Assembly: GCF_001194135.2 (NCBI RefSeq)
Contig: NC_068983.1
Location: forward strand, 124,316,339 to 124,354,883
DNA length: 38,545 bases
Source: Octopus bimaculoides
Lineage: Eukaryota
Direction: 5' to 3'
Shown: in pieces, positions 1-11,814 of the stretch
Position numbering within the stretch: position 1 is the stretch's first letter
Layout: each line of letters begins with the position of its first letter
Position numbers and translations under genes: made by a program
The notes under the pieces: model-generated
The model's database searches: none
Told to the model about the DNA's origin: nothing
The model's input: only the letters and a program-made list of their open reading frames with translations

Positions 1-50
<50 letters not shown>

Positions 51-80
51 CACACACACATATATATATATATATATATA
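1..80. repeat. (CA)n followed by (TA)n microsatellite
   Basis: Directly visible dinucleotide tracts. Confidence 0.97.
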
Positions 81-1774
81 AATTCCTCTATTTACATAAT
101 ATTGAGGTCTCATTCTTTTGTTGTCATTTTATTATTATTAATAAATAATATATATACATACATACATACATACATACATACACATATATATTTATATATA
201 TATAAATATTTATTTATATACATATACGTATAAATATATATCTGTGCGAGGCAATATAGGACACAGTTTTAAATCTCATAATATATAATGTTTAAATAAT
301 TGTCTTCTTTGTTTTAAGTTTTAAAAAAGTGTCTCAAAGATCAGCGGAAACTTCTACTGTCATTGATATTTATTTAGTAATAAATATCTGTAAGCAACAG
401 TATGTGGTCTATATTTAAGACCTATGCTCTAAATAAAACATATTAATAGTTTAGTTATATTTCTTATCATAAATGCAGCTTCTTAATTCTAAAAATATGT
501 ATAAAGAACTTTCTTTAAAAATTCCGTAAACATTATACCATTATCTTCGTGTACTGAGCTTATCGGACAAAGAGCTAGTATCGATTTTCAGACGAAACAG
601 CTTCAATTTACTGAAATCGTTAATATCCATGTCCAAACAGAAATATTACAATAACTCAGTTCCCTTACATGAACTTGGTTTCTTGTAGTCAATAATCAAT
701 CATACATCATATTTCTTGAAAAGTACATTTTGATCATGAATTGAACTATGTTACTGTAATCCAGTATAAATGTTTATGTATTGGATCCAACAAGGATGAA
801 ATATAATGAAGTTTCAACTGTCAAAGATACTTAGCCCTCTGTAACTACAGAGGGTTAAGTATCTACAAGCTTTAAATCTTTATTGTACCCTTGTGGAAGT
901 GTAGTTTATCTTATTAGACAATGGAGATTCCGTTCGTTGGACAACTGTGTCGTTTATCTGCAATGGTGAGATTAAATGCTCCAATGGAAATACTCTCTCA
1001 ATCAAATCAAGTCGTGTAAACTACATTAATTTCCTGATAAAAACAATGAATGAAAATGTCAACACTACCAGGATCTTTTCAACATCTATATTTCTATTAA
1101 TACTGTCGACATTAAAAGAAATACATCGAATATTAGTTGTTGGGAATATGGTTTGTTTGGGACTATATTAAATTTTTAATTGCAAGTAATCGGAATTACA
1201 TTTAATTACATGTAGTAGGATAGTTGATTGTTGATAGTTCTGACTCCAGTGAATATTTCATATTTTGATACAAAAATTAACTATATCTTTATGCTTCATA
1301 GATTAACTGTAGTCAAAAGAATGTGTAAAGAAGAATTTATATTACACCACTAGTAAGAATGTAGCACAGGCAAATCCCAAGGGGCAATAATATTTTATGG
1401 CGCGAATGTACCACTAAACAATACTGGAGTGAGTCACTTCATTACTTCTTGAAAGAGATATATTGTTGATCAATATTGTACTTTAGCAAATGAGCTGAAT
1501 GTGATCAAGACTTGACCCTACATGTCACGCTCATCCCGTCATTGAAGATAACCGAATAGACAGAAGCAGCGTGAAATGAGCAAATAATGTCCCGCCCAAT
1601 CATATATAACAATATTTGGAAAGTAGTTTCAATTTTGTGCACGCTTTTAGTATGTGAAAGTGAGATCAGTGTAGGTATTTGCTGGCGGATGGAAGTTTTG
1701 GTGATCTATCAACGAATTTTAAGGAACATTAATATACTTTCGTTGATGGTGAAGCTTCAATGAAATTTTCGAGA

Positions 1775-1852
1775 AAAGTGGCAGGGTTGATTCATTCGAC
1801 TAAAATTCTTCAAGGCAGCGCTCCAGCATGGCCAATGTCTAATAACTGAAAC
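1775..1852 (+). mobile_element. SINE family A, 3' fragment
   Basis: gattcattcgactaaaattcttcaaggcagcgctccagcatggcc...ataactgaaac matches the 3' module of the full copy at 21181-21572. Confidence 0.8.
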
Positions 1853-1952
1853 TGTGTAGCCGACAAAGTCAAAAACAAACAATGCGCATGCATTGTTTGT
1901 TGAAAATATAAAATTGAAAATATAAAATGGTGACAATTTATCCATTGCATCC

Positions 1953-1956
<4 letters not shown>
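1853..1956 (-). mobile_element. maT (DD37D) Tc1/mariner 5' end fragment
   Basis: aaaaacaaacaatgcgcatgc...aaaatggtgacaatttatcc matches the terminus of the copy at 24045-24115. Confidence 0.75.
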
Positions 1957-1991
<35 letters not shown>

Positions 1992-2255
1992 TCTTTCTGG
2001 ACTGTTTGATTCTGAACTTTACACCCTCCGGCTGCACCTCTCCTACCCACGGATTACACTGGACCCATCTTCTGATTGGAAATCGCCTCAATATACCACG
2101 ACGTCTAAAAAACTTTTGAACTTTTGAACTTTTCCACTTTTGTAAACCTTTATTACCTTTATCATCTTTGAACACTATTCAATTCTTTTTTCTCCGTGTT
2201 TTTCTCCTTGTCTCCGTATTCTTTTTGTTGAAGAGCGTAGCTCGGAACGCCAAAG

Positions 2256-2669
2256 NNNNNNNNNNNNNNNNNNNNNNNNNNNNNNNNNNNNNNNNNNNNN
2301 NNNNNNNNNNNNNNNNNNNNNNNNNNNNNNNNNNNNNNNNNNNNNNNNNNNNNNNNNNNNNNNNNNNNNNNNNNNNNNNNNNNNNNNNNNNNNNNNNNNN
2401 NNNNNNNNNNNNNNNNNNNNNNNNNNNNNNNNNNNNNNNNNNNNNNNNNNNNNNNNNNNNNNNNNNNNNNNNNNNNNNNNNNNNNNNNNNNNNNNNNNNN
2501 NNNNNNNNNNNNNNNNNNNNNNNNNNNNNNNNNNNNNNNNNNNNNNNNNNNNNNNNNNNNNNNNNNNNNNNNNNNNNNNNNNNNNNNNNNNNNNNNNNNN
2601 NNNNNNNNNNNNNNNNNNNNNNNNNNNNNNNNNNNNNNNNNNNNNNNNNNNNNNNNNNNNNNNNNNNNN

Positions 2670-2735
<66 letters not shown>

Positions 2736-2762
2736 TGTATGTGTGTGTGTATGTGTGTGTGT
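2256..2762. other. Assembly gap (2256-2669) followed by (TG)n
   Basis: N run followed by a dinucleotide tract. Confidence 0.98.
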
Positions 2763-2930
2763 GTTGGTGTGTTTACGTTCCCGTAACTTAGTGGTTAGGC
2801 CAAAGAGATCGATAAAATAAGTACTAAGCTTACAAAGAATAAGTTCTAGGGTCGATTTGTTCGACCAAAGGCGGTGCTCCAGCATGGCCGCAGTCAAATG
2901 ACTGAAATCAGTTAAAGAATGAAAGAATAT
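2763..2930 (+). mobile_element. SINE family A, 3' half
   Basis: ggtgtgtttacgttcccgtaacttag...ggcggtgctccagcatggccgcagtcaaatgactgaaa matches the reverse complement of 3781-3960. Confidence 0.9.
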
Positions 2931-3264
2931 TCATATATGCAGGTATATATATATATGTATTTGAAAAGATTTTTAAAAGTACTACACGAGTAAGTAGATA
3001 TTGAAAATGAATAAAAATGAAAATGCCAATTTTTTAAAACATACCCAAAAATGTTTTTAAAAAGTGGTATTTAAATTTTTATTCATTTTCAATATATATA
3101 TATATACACATATATATGCATGTGTGTGTGTTTGTGTGTGTGTGTGTGTATGTGTGTGTGTGTGTATGTGTGTGTATATATCTGTATATCTATCTATGTT
3201 TCTATCTACGTAAGTATATATATCTTTATATCCCTTTGCATATATCGATATCAATTTTTCTCTC

Positions 3265-3470
3265 CGCTATTTGGCCAGGGGTTTGGATATAGAGATTTGC
3301 TGAAAAGACATTTGAAGAACTCCGGTATCTTCCCAGACACCTGGGATGGGAAGGCCCTACGTTGTGATGAATGGCGCCGATGACTGAAGCTCGTAATTCC
3401 AGCCATTGAAGGAAAATAACAAAGGGAATATTAAAGTGCATATGAGAGGCGTCACTTCTCTGTTGCGTTA
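3265..3470 (+). mobile_element. RTE-clade LINE, ORF C-terminal remnant
   Basis: Translates GQGFGYRDLLKRHLKNSGIFPDTWDGKALRCDEWRR, resembling the RTE C-terminus (GGQxKRYKDxLKxxLKxxxIxxxxWExxAxDRxxWR). Contains stops. Confidence 0.65.
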
Positions 3471-3695
3471 CAAGAGCAGGGAACATCGACCTACGATGGA
3501 CAACCGAATAAGAAAATATAATTATCCAATATACACTTCCTTGTCCTACACCATTTGAAAACACTAGCATAAAAAAAGACCTTCCTAACATTACACAAAG
3601 CATCTTTGACTGGGCCCTCGATATACGCTTAGAGTTTGTTGGGAAGTAAACTGTTTAAAACACGGCCTTCCTGCGCCTATACATATTTCTATAGC

Positions 3696-3727
<32 letters not shown>

Positions 3728-3780
3728 AATGCATGCGCGTGTATGTATGCGTATGTGTGTGTATATATAACCTCTTATAT

Positions 3781-4006
3781 GTATACTTTTACTTGTTTCA
3801 GTCATTTGACTGCGGCCATGCTGGAGCACCGCCTTTAGTCGAGCAAATCGATCCCAGGACTTATTCTTTGGAAGCCTAGTACTTATTCTATCGGTCTCTT
3901 TTTGCCGAACCGCTAAGTTACGGGGACGTAAACACACCAGCATCGGTTGTCAAGCGATGGTGGGGGACAAACACAGACACACAAACACACATACATGCAT
4001 ACATAC

Positions 4007-4051
<45 letters not shown>

Positions 4052-4551
4052 NNNNNNNNNNNNNNNNNNNNNNNNNNNNNNNNNNNNNNNNNNNNNNNNN
4101 NNNNNNNNNNNNNNNNNNNNNNNNNNNNNNNNNNNNNNNNNNNNNNNNNNNNNNNNNNNNNNNNNNNNNNNNNNNNNNNNNNNNNNNNNNNNNNNNNNNN
4201 NNNNNNNNNNNNNNNNNNNNNNNNNNNNNNNNNNNNNNNNNNNNNNNNNNNNNNNNNNNNNNNNNNNNNNNNNNNNNNNNNNNNNNNNNNNNNNNNNNNN
4301 NNNNNNNNNNNNNNNNNNNNNNNNNNNNNNNNNNNNNNNNNNNNNNNNNNNNNNNNNNNNNNNNNNNNNNNNNNNNNNNNNATATATATATATATATATA
4401 TATACGACGGACTTCTTTCAGTTTCCGTCTACCAAATCCATTCACAAGGCTTTGGTCGGCCCGAGGCTATAGTAGAAGACACTTGCCCAAGGTGCCACGT
4501 AGTGGGACTGAACCCGGAACCATGTGGTTGGTAAGCAAGCTACTTACCATA
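3781..4551 (-). mobile_element. SINE family A, near full length, with internal (TA)n tract and gap (4052-4381)
   Basis: On the minus strand: tRNA-like head (B-box-like ggttcagtcc), body ccttgggcaagtgtcttctactatagcc...gacggaaactgaaagaag, central microsatellite, then the 3' module. Collinear with 21181-21572. Confidence 0.92.
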
Positions 4552-5589
4552 CAAGGTAAATCCCAGCTGTTTCCACTTGAAACACATCTGCTTACTGCAT
4601 TATTACAATCCAATATGTAGTCACAGGTGCCAGTGTCTGCTAGTGCAGAATTCTTATTAAAATTGAGAGTTATGAGAATATTATTTACTGAATTATTTGC
4701 ACAACAAAACAGGAAATTGGAATTTGTTTGGTATCAATTATTCACTGTTACACATGTTTCATTTGCAACTAGGAATTACAAAGTTTTAAATGTTAGATAG
4801 ATGTATAAGGAATTTTCTGTTAGAAATTCTTCAGACAGAAATTAAATGATGCTGATGAATAAATGATACCAAAAAGTTTCTAATACCCTGTTTTTTTTAT
4901 TATGTATCGTAGTAAAGTTTTATAATAATAGTTAATTACAAGTATACTTTGATTAGTTATTAAATAAATTTAATGTTCCTATTAGTTACTGGTAAATTTA
5001 CATTATAGCTTTAAGGGTAATATATATTAAGAGTACGTAGTGTTTTTATTATTAACTTTTTAATTATGAAATAATGTATTTTGCTCATAATTATTATATT
5101 ATTCGTTAAATTAAATTCAATCGTGTTTTGTTCTGCAGAGAATTGAAATAAAGCCTTCACTTTCTTTTATTATAGTAGTAACTATGGAAAACTGGTGGGA
5201 TTATTATTTGTATGGACTTAAAGATTGGTCACTATTTAGTATATAATTTAGTTATTGTAGGTTTACAATTAATACCGATACAGGTGTACATAGATTTATG
5301 TTTCTTGTAGTTTAATTTTAAAATTAGAGTTTAATCCTGCCTGTATTTAGATTGAATACTGTTGTACATGGGGTAAGTGTGTTTGAAAGTTGTAGTTTTT
5401 TAGTATGTTTGTTCCCAAACAACGCTTCCTTTAGTGCTGCTAACACCGCCGGAGTGAATGGTACTGCCCAGGTGTCGAAACTATAATGATATCCGTGGGG
5501 CAGCTGATGATGGAGGTATGTTTGGTTGTTGGTATGGCTGTTTTTGTATATGTGGAATAGTGTCATAACACATCCTTTTGATATATATA

Positions 5590-6146
5590 NNNNNNNNNNN
5601 NNNNNNNNNNNNNNNNNNNNNNNNNNNNNNNNNNNNNNNNNNNNNNNNNNNNNNNNNNNNNNNNNNNNNNNNNNNNNNNNNNNNNNNNNNNNNNNNNNNN
5701 NNNNNNNNNNNNNNNNNNNNNNNNNNNNNNNNNNNNNNNNNNNNNNNNNNNNNNNNNNNNNNNNNNNNNNNNNNNNNNNNNNNNNNNNNNNNNNNNNNNN
5801 NNNNNNNNNNNNNNNNNNNNNNNNNNNNNNNNNNNNNNNNNNNNNNNNNNNNNNNNNNNNNNNNNNNNNNNNNNNNNNNNNNNNNNNNNNNNNNNNNNNN
5901 NNNNNNNNNNNNNNNNNNNNNNNNNNNNNNNNNNNNNNNNNNNNNNNNNNNNNNNNNNNNNNNNNNNNNNNNNNNNNNNNNNNNNNNNNNNNNNNNNNNN
6001 NNNNNNNNNNNNNNNNNNNNNNNNNNNNNNNNNNNNNNNNNNNNNNNNNNNNNNNNNNNNNNNNNNNNNNNNNNNNNNNNNNNNNNNNNNNNNNNNNNNN
6101 NNNNNNNNNNNNNNNNNNNNNNNNNNNNNNNNNNNNNNNNNNNNNN

Positions 6147-6238
<92 letters not shown>
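5590..6238. other. Assembly gap (5590-6146) followed by (CA)n
   Basis: N run followed by a dinucleotide tract. Confidence 0.98.
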
Positions 6239-6241
<3 letters not shown>

Positions 6242-6824
6242 TATATCTATATATACGTGTGTGTGTGTGAGTGTGTGTGAGTGTGTGTAAGAAGTTCGCT
6301 TCGTGTGTGTAAGAAATTCGTTGGCATTGGATAAATATTATTTTCTGTAAATTCTGGTCGACTGTTACCTTGCGAGTGAAAGCTGATGAACAGGCCATGC
6401 ATAGAAACCAACTGGTTGGATTGCATCAGTAGTTCAAAAGGTCAAATCTTATCACACAGTTAAGCTGATTCAACTTTAAAATTACGTCAAGATTACATGT
6501 CTATGGAATGCTCAGCTAGTTATACTTTTATTCAGGACAGATAATTCAGTTGATCGAGTAACTGAATCCTCAACCACTAACGGCAGAGATTCACCATCAC
6601 CTCTTCATCAGTTTATCAAAATAGCCTGATGAAAATTATATTAGTATTTTCTGAAACAACTGTTGTTACAATTCTAATAAATTTTGATAAACAGGAATGG
6701 TAGCGACAACGACGCGAGTCTATAAAACTGCTATCTGTACATAGCCCTAGAATTAATGTTCAATTAAGTCATTAATTATTTCATTCATTTATTAGGGAAT
6801 ATGATATTTTACTTCAGAACTCTA

Positions 6825-6915
6825 AGCTGTAACGTGGGTGTGTGGTTAACAAGTTCGCTCAGCAATCACATAAGTTCAGAATCGGTTTTACTGCGTGATA
6901 TTTTCGTTACGTGTT
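6825..6915 (+). mobile_element. Degenerate SINE family A head
   Basis: gggtgtgtggttaacaagttcgct...actgcgtgatatttt resembles 21187-21265. Confidence 0.5.
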
Positions 6916-6965
6916 TACCGAAGTCTCTGATTTGCAAATACATTGAGCAGTATTGCGTAGCCTGT

Positions 6966-6969
6966 TGCG

Positions 6970-7034
<65 letters not shown>
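6966..7034. repeat. (GC)n-(CA)n alternating purine-pyrimidine tract
   Basis: Directly visible. Confidence 0.95.
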
Positions 7035-7037
<3 letters not shown>

Positions 7038-7299
7038 GGCAGATGTTTTACTTGGTACTGTATGTTTTCTCTTTCTCTTGCCTAGCCATTATTTTTTTCT
7101 TCTTCATAAAGGTTATCACCCGAAACATCATTTTCTCTTCTGTTTCTTCTTTTGGTGTAATGAGCTTAACTGTATACTTGTTTCTTGTTTCTTTTTTCGC
7201 TTTCAATTACATGCTTTCGCTAGTCCTTCACAGCGTAGTATATTTTGTTTGCTTCCTCTTTGCCTCAAATTTTACTCGTGCTATTTGTGTGATTTTTAC

Positions 7300-7440
<141 letters not shown>

Positions 7441-8873
7441 GACACACATATGACTGAAACCAGCAAAATAAATGAAATGATTTCTCCAACGCTTTATCAG
7501 TGAATTTCTTAACAAAATTTTGAATGTGATATAATGAGTTTTCTCCTTTCACGAAATATCCATTTCTGAACATCTTATCGTAGGTATGCTGCTGATCAGA
7601 ATAGGACTAGGAATAAGCTATGCTGTCACTTAGGCTGTTAGAATTACTCATATACAGAAATGTATCGTATTGTAGAATTGAGTTGTTTGCTAAGTCCAGC
7701 AATATATGTTTCCATAAAAGGGAAACCTTTTTTTGCTGATCAAATATCTCATGTAAACATCATATACAGCTCCAAACTATTTCACCTATCCGCTGGGGTT
7801 ATTAAAAATCCATTTAATCCCACTATAACGATTTCCTGATTCGAGAAGCTTATAGTTTGACAAAATTGCATTGTATAGAGCCTCTCGCTTTTTGTAAGTT
7901 CACATAAACTGAAGTATAATTTTTTTCACACGAAGCATACGTTTTATGCATTCTAAAACCTTGTTTGTTCAGAAATAACGTAATCGTTTCAAACGGTAAT
8001 GTATATATAGAAATCTCTCTCAATTTTAAAAGATTTCATAACTACATTTAAATATGTTCTTGATACAGTTGGAACATAATTGACATGTTTATTCTGTTTT
8101 GCTAATACGTTTAGTTTTCTTTCTTATTTTCTTGCTGCAATTATATTTTCCCCTAGCTGGCTTTAACATCTTAATAGAAGATCCCCTAAGATTCATATGT
8201 TATTATATTGTTTCTTTTTCTTTACTCCCCGCGCCGCATGTTATTTTTTTTTCTCCATCTTTAATTCTCAGCCAAAATATCATATTTATAACAAAATATA
8301 TTTAGATGTCAAGTTGTCAGATTCATATATAGAATGATACCTTGATTTCTGAGAGCACAAAAAACCTTAACAACAACAAAAAGCAAACAAACTTACAAAC
8401 AACAACAACAACAACAACAACAACCTCAAAACAAACTAATTTTGTTCGAGAGGAATTGAATCTAATGAACTGACAAAGCTGAAATGTTATTCCTGTTGAT
8501 ATTTGAGTGTTAAGGAATATATTCTTCTTTATATACGAGAATGCAAGTTAGAAAAGATATATGTTAAGTTTAAATGTCCAATTGCATTTGGACAATTTGA
8601 CATATTTATTCCAAATAGTAAGCGTTTAATCTATATTGATATAACTTTGCTTTTGGGTAAGAATTTCGAAAGAAAAATGGAATAAGCAAAGTTAAGAAAA
8701 CCTTAAAAAAACCCTTAATTCAAGGCCGTTGAAAGGCAAATGTTGAATCTAACAATAATAACTAATTTCTGAAACTTCACATAAAAATGTTACCAAAGAA
8801 ATAAGAAATATTTCAAATGCCATTTTAGTATGTTTGTATTTACATAATTTAGTATGTGTCACAGCTTCCCCTA

Positions 8874-9089
8874 CGAGGGAATGCCAAAAAGTTCCTGGCT
8901 TTAAAGGTATCGCGAAAGGCCTGGTTAGAGGCCAAACCTTCCGAGTTCTTTTACAGGGCTTAGAAAGACTGAAGGACCGTTGTAATAAGTGTGTGAATCT
9001 GGGAAGGGAATATGTTAAATAAAATCATAATTAATTGATCTTCCTGTATTTTCTTTTACCCAAAGCCAGGAACTTTTCAGCACCCCTCG
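8874..9089 (+). mobile_element. Non-autonomous mariner (MITE) with TIRs and TA target-site duplication
   Basis: TA-cgagggaatgccaaaaagttcctggcttt ... aaagccaggaacttttcagcacccctcg-TA. The interior encodes GLERLKDRCNKCVNLGREYVK*, the mariner transposase C-terminus pattern. Confidence 0.93.
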
Positions 9090-10225
9090 TATATGTAGAC
9101 GAATTCTATTGGCTACTACACGTGTTTATCATAAGTAAAAATATAGAGTGTAATTTATCTTCATTGACAGAGAATACTTCTGCTCTGAAGGAAGGAAGCT
9201 TTGTACTGGCGTTCTACCTGCTTGAAAGAGCAGACAAATCTCACTCAATCTACACAATGTGGTGCTACAAAAGGTATAGAAACAATAATTAATATAGTCC
9301 TCTATACACAAACTTATGGATAAAGGTGGTATGATCACTGTAGGAATGCCGTTGGTAATACATCTGTACAGTCACAGCTGATTAAAAGCCAAATAACAGC
9401 AACAACAATACCAACAACAACAGTGATTGCTGAATATCTATAAAGTGCAACTGGAATAATATCAAACAGTTGTTTACATATCCAAAAGATACAGCTGCTT
9501 TGCACATAAACATCATAGACTGTACCCACAAAAGTTTTCTAACTGATTGACAAATGTCTACCCCTTTAGTCTATATACATTCTGCCTACTCTGTTTCTCG
9601 CTGTCCCAGCTCTAATGAACCAGCAGGCTGCATACTCCTTGAGAAGAAACCTGTTCGATACACACGGTTTTCATTCTCTCGATACTCCGATTTTTGTCGC
9701 ACTCCTCAAGGCTTGCATAAAACACTTTGGAAACACGAGAGTTGATCCCTGTCATTTTCTTCATTAAGTATCAACATATTGGAGATGGGAAGGGTAGGAA
9801 ATGGCTTTGCCCGTTCAATTAAGTACCGCATCTACCAGTGTATAAAGTGCGCTGTTTTAAAAATAGTTTTAAATGTATAAAAATTTGCCCTGCGTCTGAT
9901 TCGGCCGTATTGCGGAAGGGAGCAGGATCAACATAAGTCTACTTGGCACAATCATTTCTATTAGTAATAAAATATTGGAAACGAGCCAAAATATCACAAA
10001 CAGTTTGCACAAACTTACGAAAAGTCACAGTATGACGGTTGTTACGTGGGAAGGTCACATCTCACTGTACCTCCCTCCACACCATACATAACATACACCT
10101 AATATATGTCTTACATTATTTAATGATTTTATTACTATTCTTTTGTTCTGAGAAACAATGGATTTTTATCTAAATAAAATATTCTATAAAGATGACTGCA
10201 ATGTTAACATACTTTTATCCACCTG

Positions 10226-10600
10226 TCAACTATTTGTAATGAGTGGATGGTAACAAAATCCCATCTGAGGTGCGCATCTTGGTAGTCGATTGTAGTAAAA
10301 CAGAATATCATTGTCAGAAGTACTAATTTTATACCCTGAATGGCAATTTACTTGACTAAAATATAAACAACTACATAGCTGATCTGAGAGGAGATATGGC
10401 TGAGACAGGATGTTTCCATGACGCAGTTCATGCATGGACACACAGTTTATTCCAGTACACTGACATAATTTTGTATTTACATGTACAGAATCATACACTC
10501 CCGCTACAAAACCTCTTTCAATAAATCTATCGTGAAACACTAAATTTGTTTTAGCATAAAATATACTTGTAAAATAGGGATGCGTCTTCATCTTATACGC
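10226..10600 (-). CDS. Candidate terminal coding exon, 124 aa, 8 Cys, unknown product
   Basis: Stop-free for 130 codons. TTAAC branch-like site and tttgttaccgtatttgcag acceptor in phase 0. TGA at 10226-10228 and AATAAA (minus) at 10128-10133. No homology recognised. Confidence 0.3.
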   Translation of the reverse strand, partial: AYKMKTHPYFTSIFYAKTNLVFHDRFIERGFVAGVYDSVHVNTKLCQCTGINCVSMHELRHGNILSQPYLLSDQLCSCLYFSQVNCHSGYKISTSDNDILFYYNRLPRCAPQMGFCYHPLITNS

Positions 10601-11397
10601 CTGCAAATACGGTAACAAAGTTAACTATTTGCCAGCAATTATTTGCCTTTTATCCTCTCAGGGTAAATGAATAATTTATCAGCCCTGCACTGAGTTCATA
10701 TCTTCTCTTTCTCTCTCTTTTTCCCTGTTTGTCTGTGTCTCTTTCTGGAAGTGCTCTGAAGAGAGACGGGATTCGCTAGGTCTAACAATACCCAAGACAC
10801 TATGTCACGAATGTGTCTCATCAAAACCGTCAAGTCTCTGTTTTTCTGTCTGTCTGTCTGTCTCTGTCTACAGTGCCTTGCGGGTGTATATATGTAAATG
10901 TAGCCATGTATCTATACATTTATGTGTGCGTGTGTATTATATTTTTATATTTACATATTTAAATCACAAGTTTGTTTTGTAAAAAAACTATTGGAATTAT
11001 TAAAATGCGAATATATTCTTTAGCTGCTGACATTCAGCGAAAATGATTGAAAAAATATTGAGAGAATTCAGAAATACTAAGTTGTAATGTTACTGAATAA
11101 CTTAAATAGATTTTTTCTATATTTTCAAACAAATATCTTTGCAGTAGAATTATTCTAGTGTTAAATAGCTCAAAAACATCATTGCTATGAAATGTGAAAT
11201 TCGCACTTACAATTCTATAGAGATTTTTTTTTAAATATGCAACAATGTATAAAGTACACACACACACACACATACCCCCCCCCCCACATTCGTTTATATA
11301 ATTATACGTCTGTGAGTGTATGTGTGGATATATCTATGCAGGTATATATGAATATATGTATAGACGTATGTGCATGTAGTATATCTATATATAAATC

Positions 11398-11454
11398 TAC
11401 ACCTACCTACCTATCTACCTACCTACCTACCTACCTGCCTGCCTGCCTACTTAC

Positions 11455-11529
<75 letters not shown>
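11398..11529. repeat. Compound tetranucleotide (ACCT)n(GCCT)n(ATCT)n(GTCT)n
   Basis: Directly visible. Confidence 0.95.
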
Positions 11530-11548
<19 letters not shown>

Positions 11549-11696
11549 GATCACATACATACTTACATGCAAACAAAAATACCCTGTTGTTGATGCTGAA
11601 ATTCCAATGAAGGAGCTTTGGATCTTGGTTAGAAACTGGCTCTTTTTCTATTGACAAGAAATCTTGAAATAAAACTGAACAATGACATACATACAT

Positions 11697-11698
11697 AA

Positions 11699-11766
<68 letters not shown>
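11697..11766. repeat. (CA)n microsatellite
   Basis: Directly visible. Confidence 0.97.
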
Positions 11767-11769
<3 letters not shown>

Positions 11770-11814
11770 TCAAACAAAAGAAAGTTATAGTGCTGATAAT
11801 CCTTTCTATAAAAA

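Noticed and set aside
919-1040. Plus-strand peptide SFICNGEIKCSNG resembling an LDL-receptor class A repeat, with possible splice sites
   Set aside because: It lacks the first Cys residues and the acidic DxSDE signature. Too short to distinguish from chance.
4552-4800. Frames open for about 57-60 codons on both strands, with splice-like sites
   Set aside because: The best acceptor-donor pair contains stops in all frames, and no homology is recognisable.
6380-6432. CTGATGA…GAAAC hammerhead-like spacing
   Set aside because: No stem II can form between the boxes, and no valid NUH follows stem III.
9335-9529. GPCR-like transmembrane stretch (YRYSAITVVVGIVVAVIW)
   Set aside because: The hydrophobicity comes from a (GTT)n-like tract, and the DRY-to-TM4 spacing is too short.
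7750-9530. Shared VYDVY peptide at about 7760 and 9515 suggesting paralogous exons
   Set aside because: An 11-nt AT-rich match is expected by chance, and the flanks do not align.
10755-10850. CTGAAGA-GAGAC…GTCTC-ATC-AAAAC-CGTC hammerhead-like relic
   Set aside because: The GAAA box is absent and stem II is misregistered. At most a decayed repeat that cannot be supported as a ribozyme.
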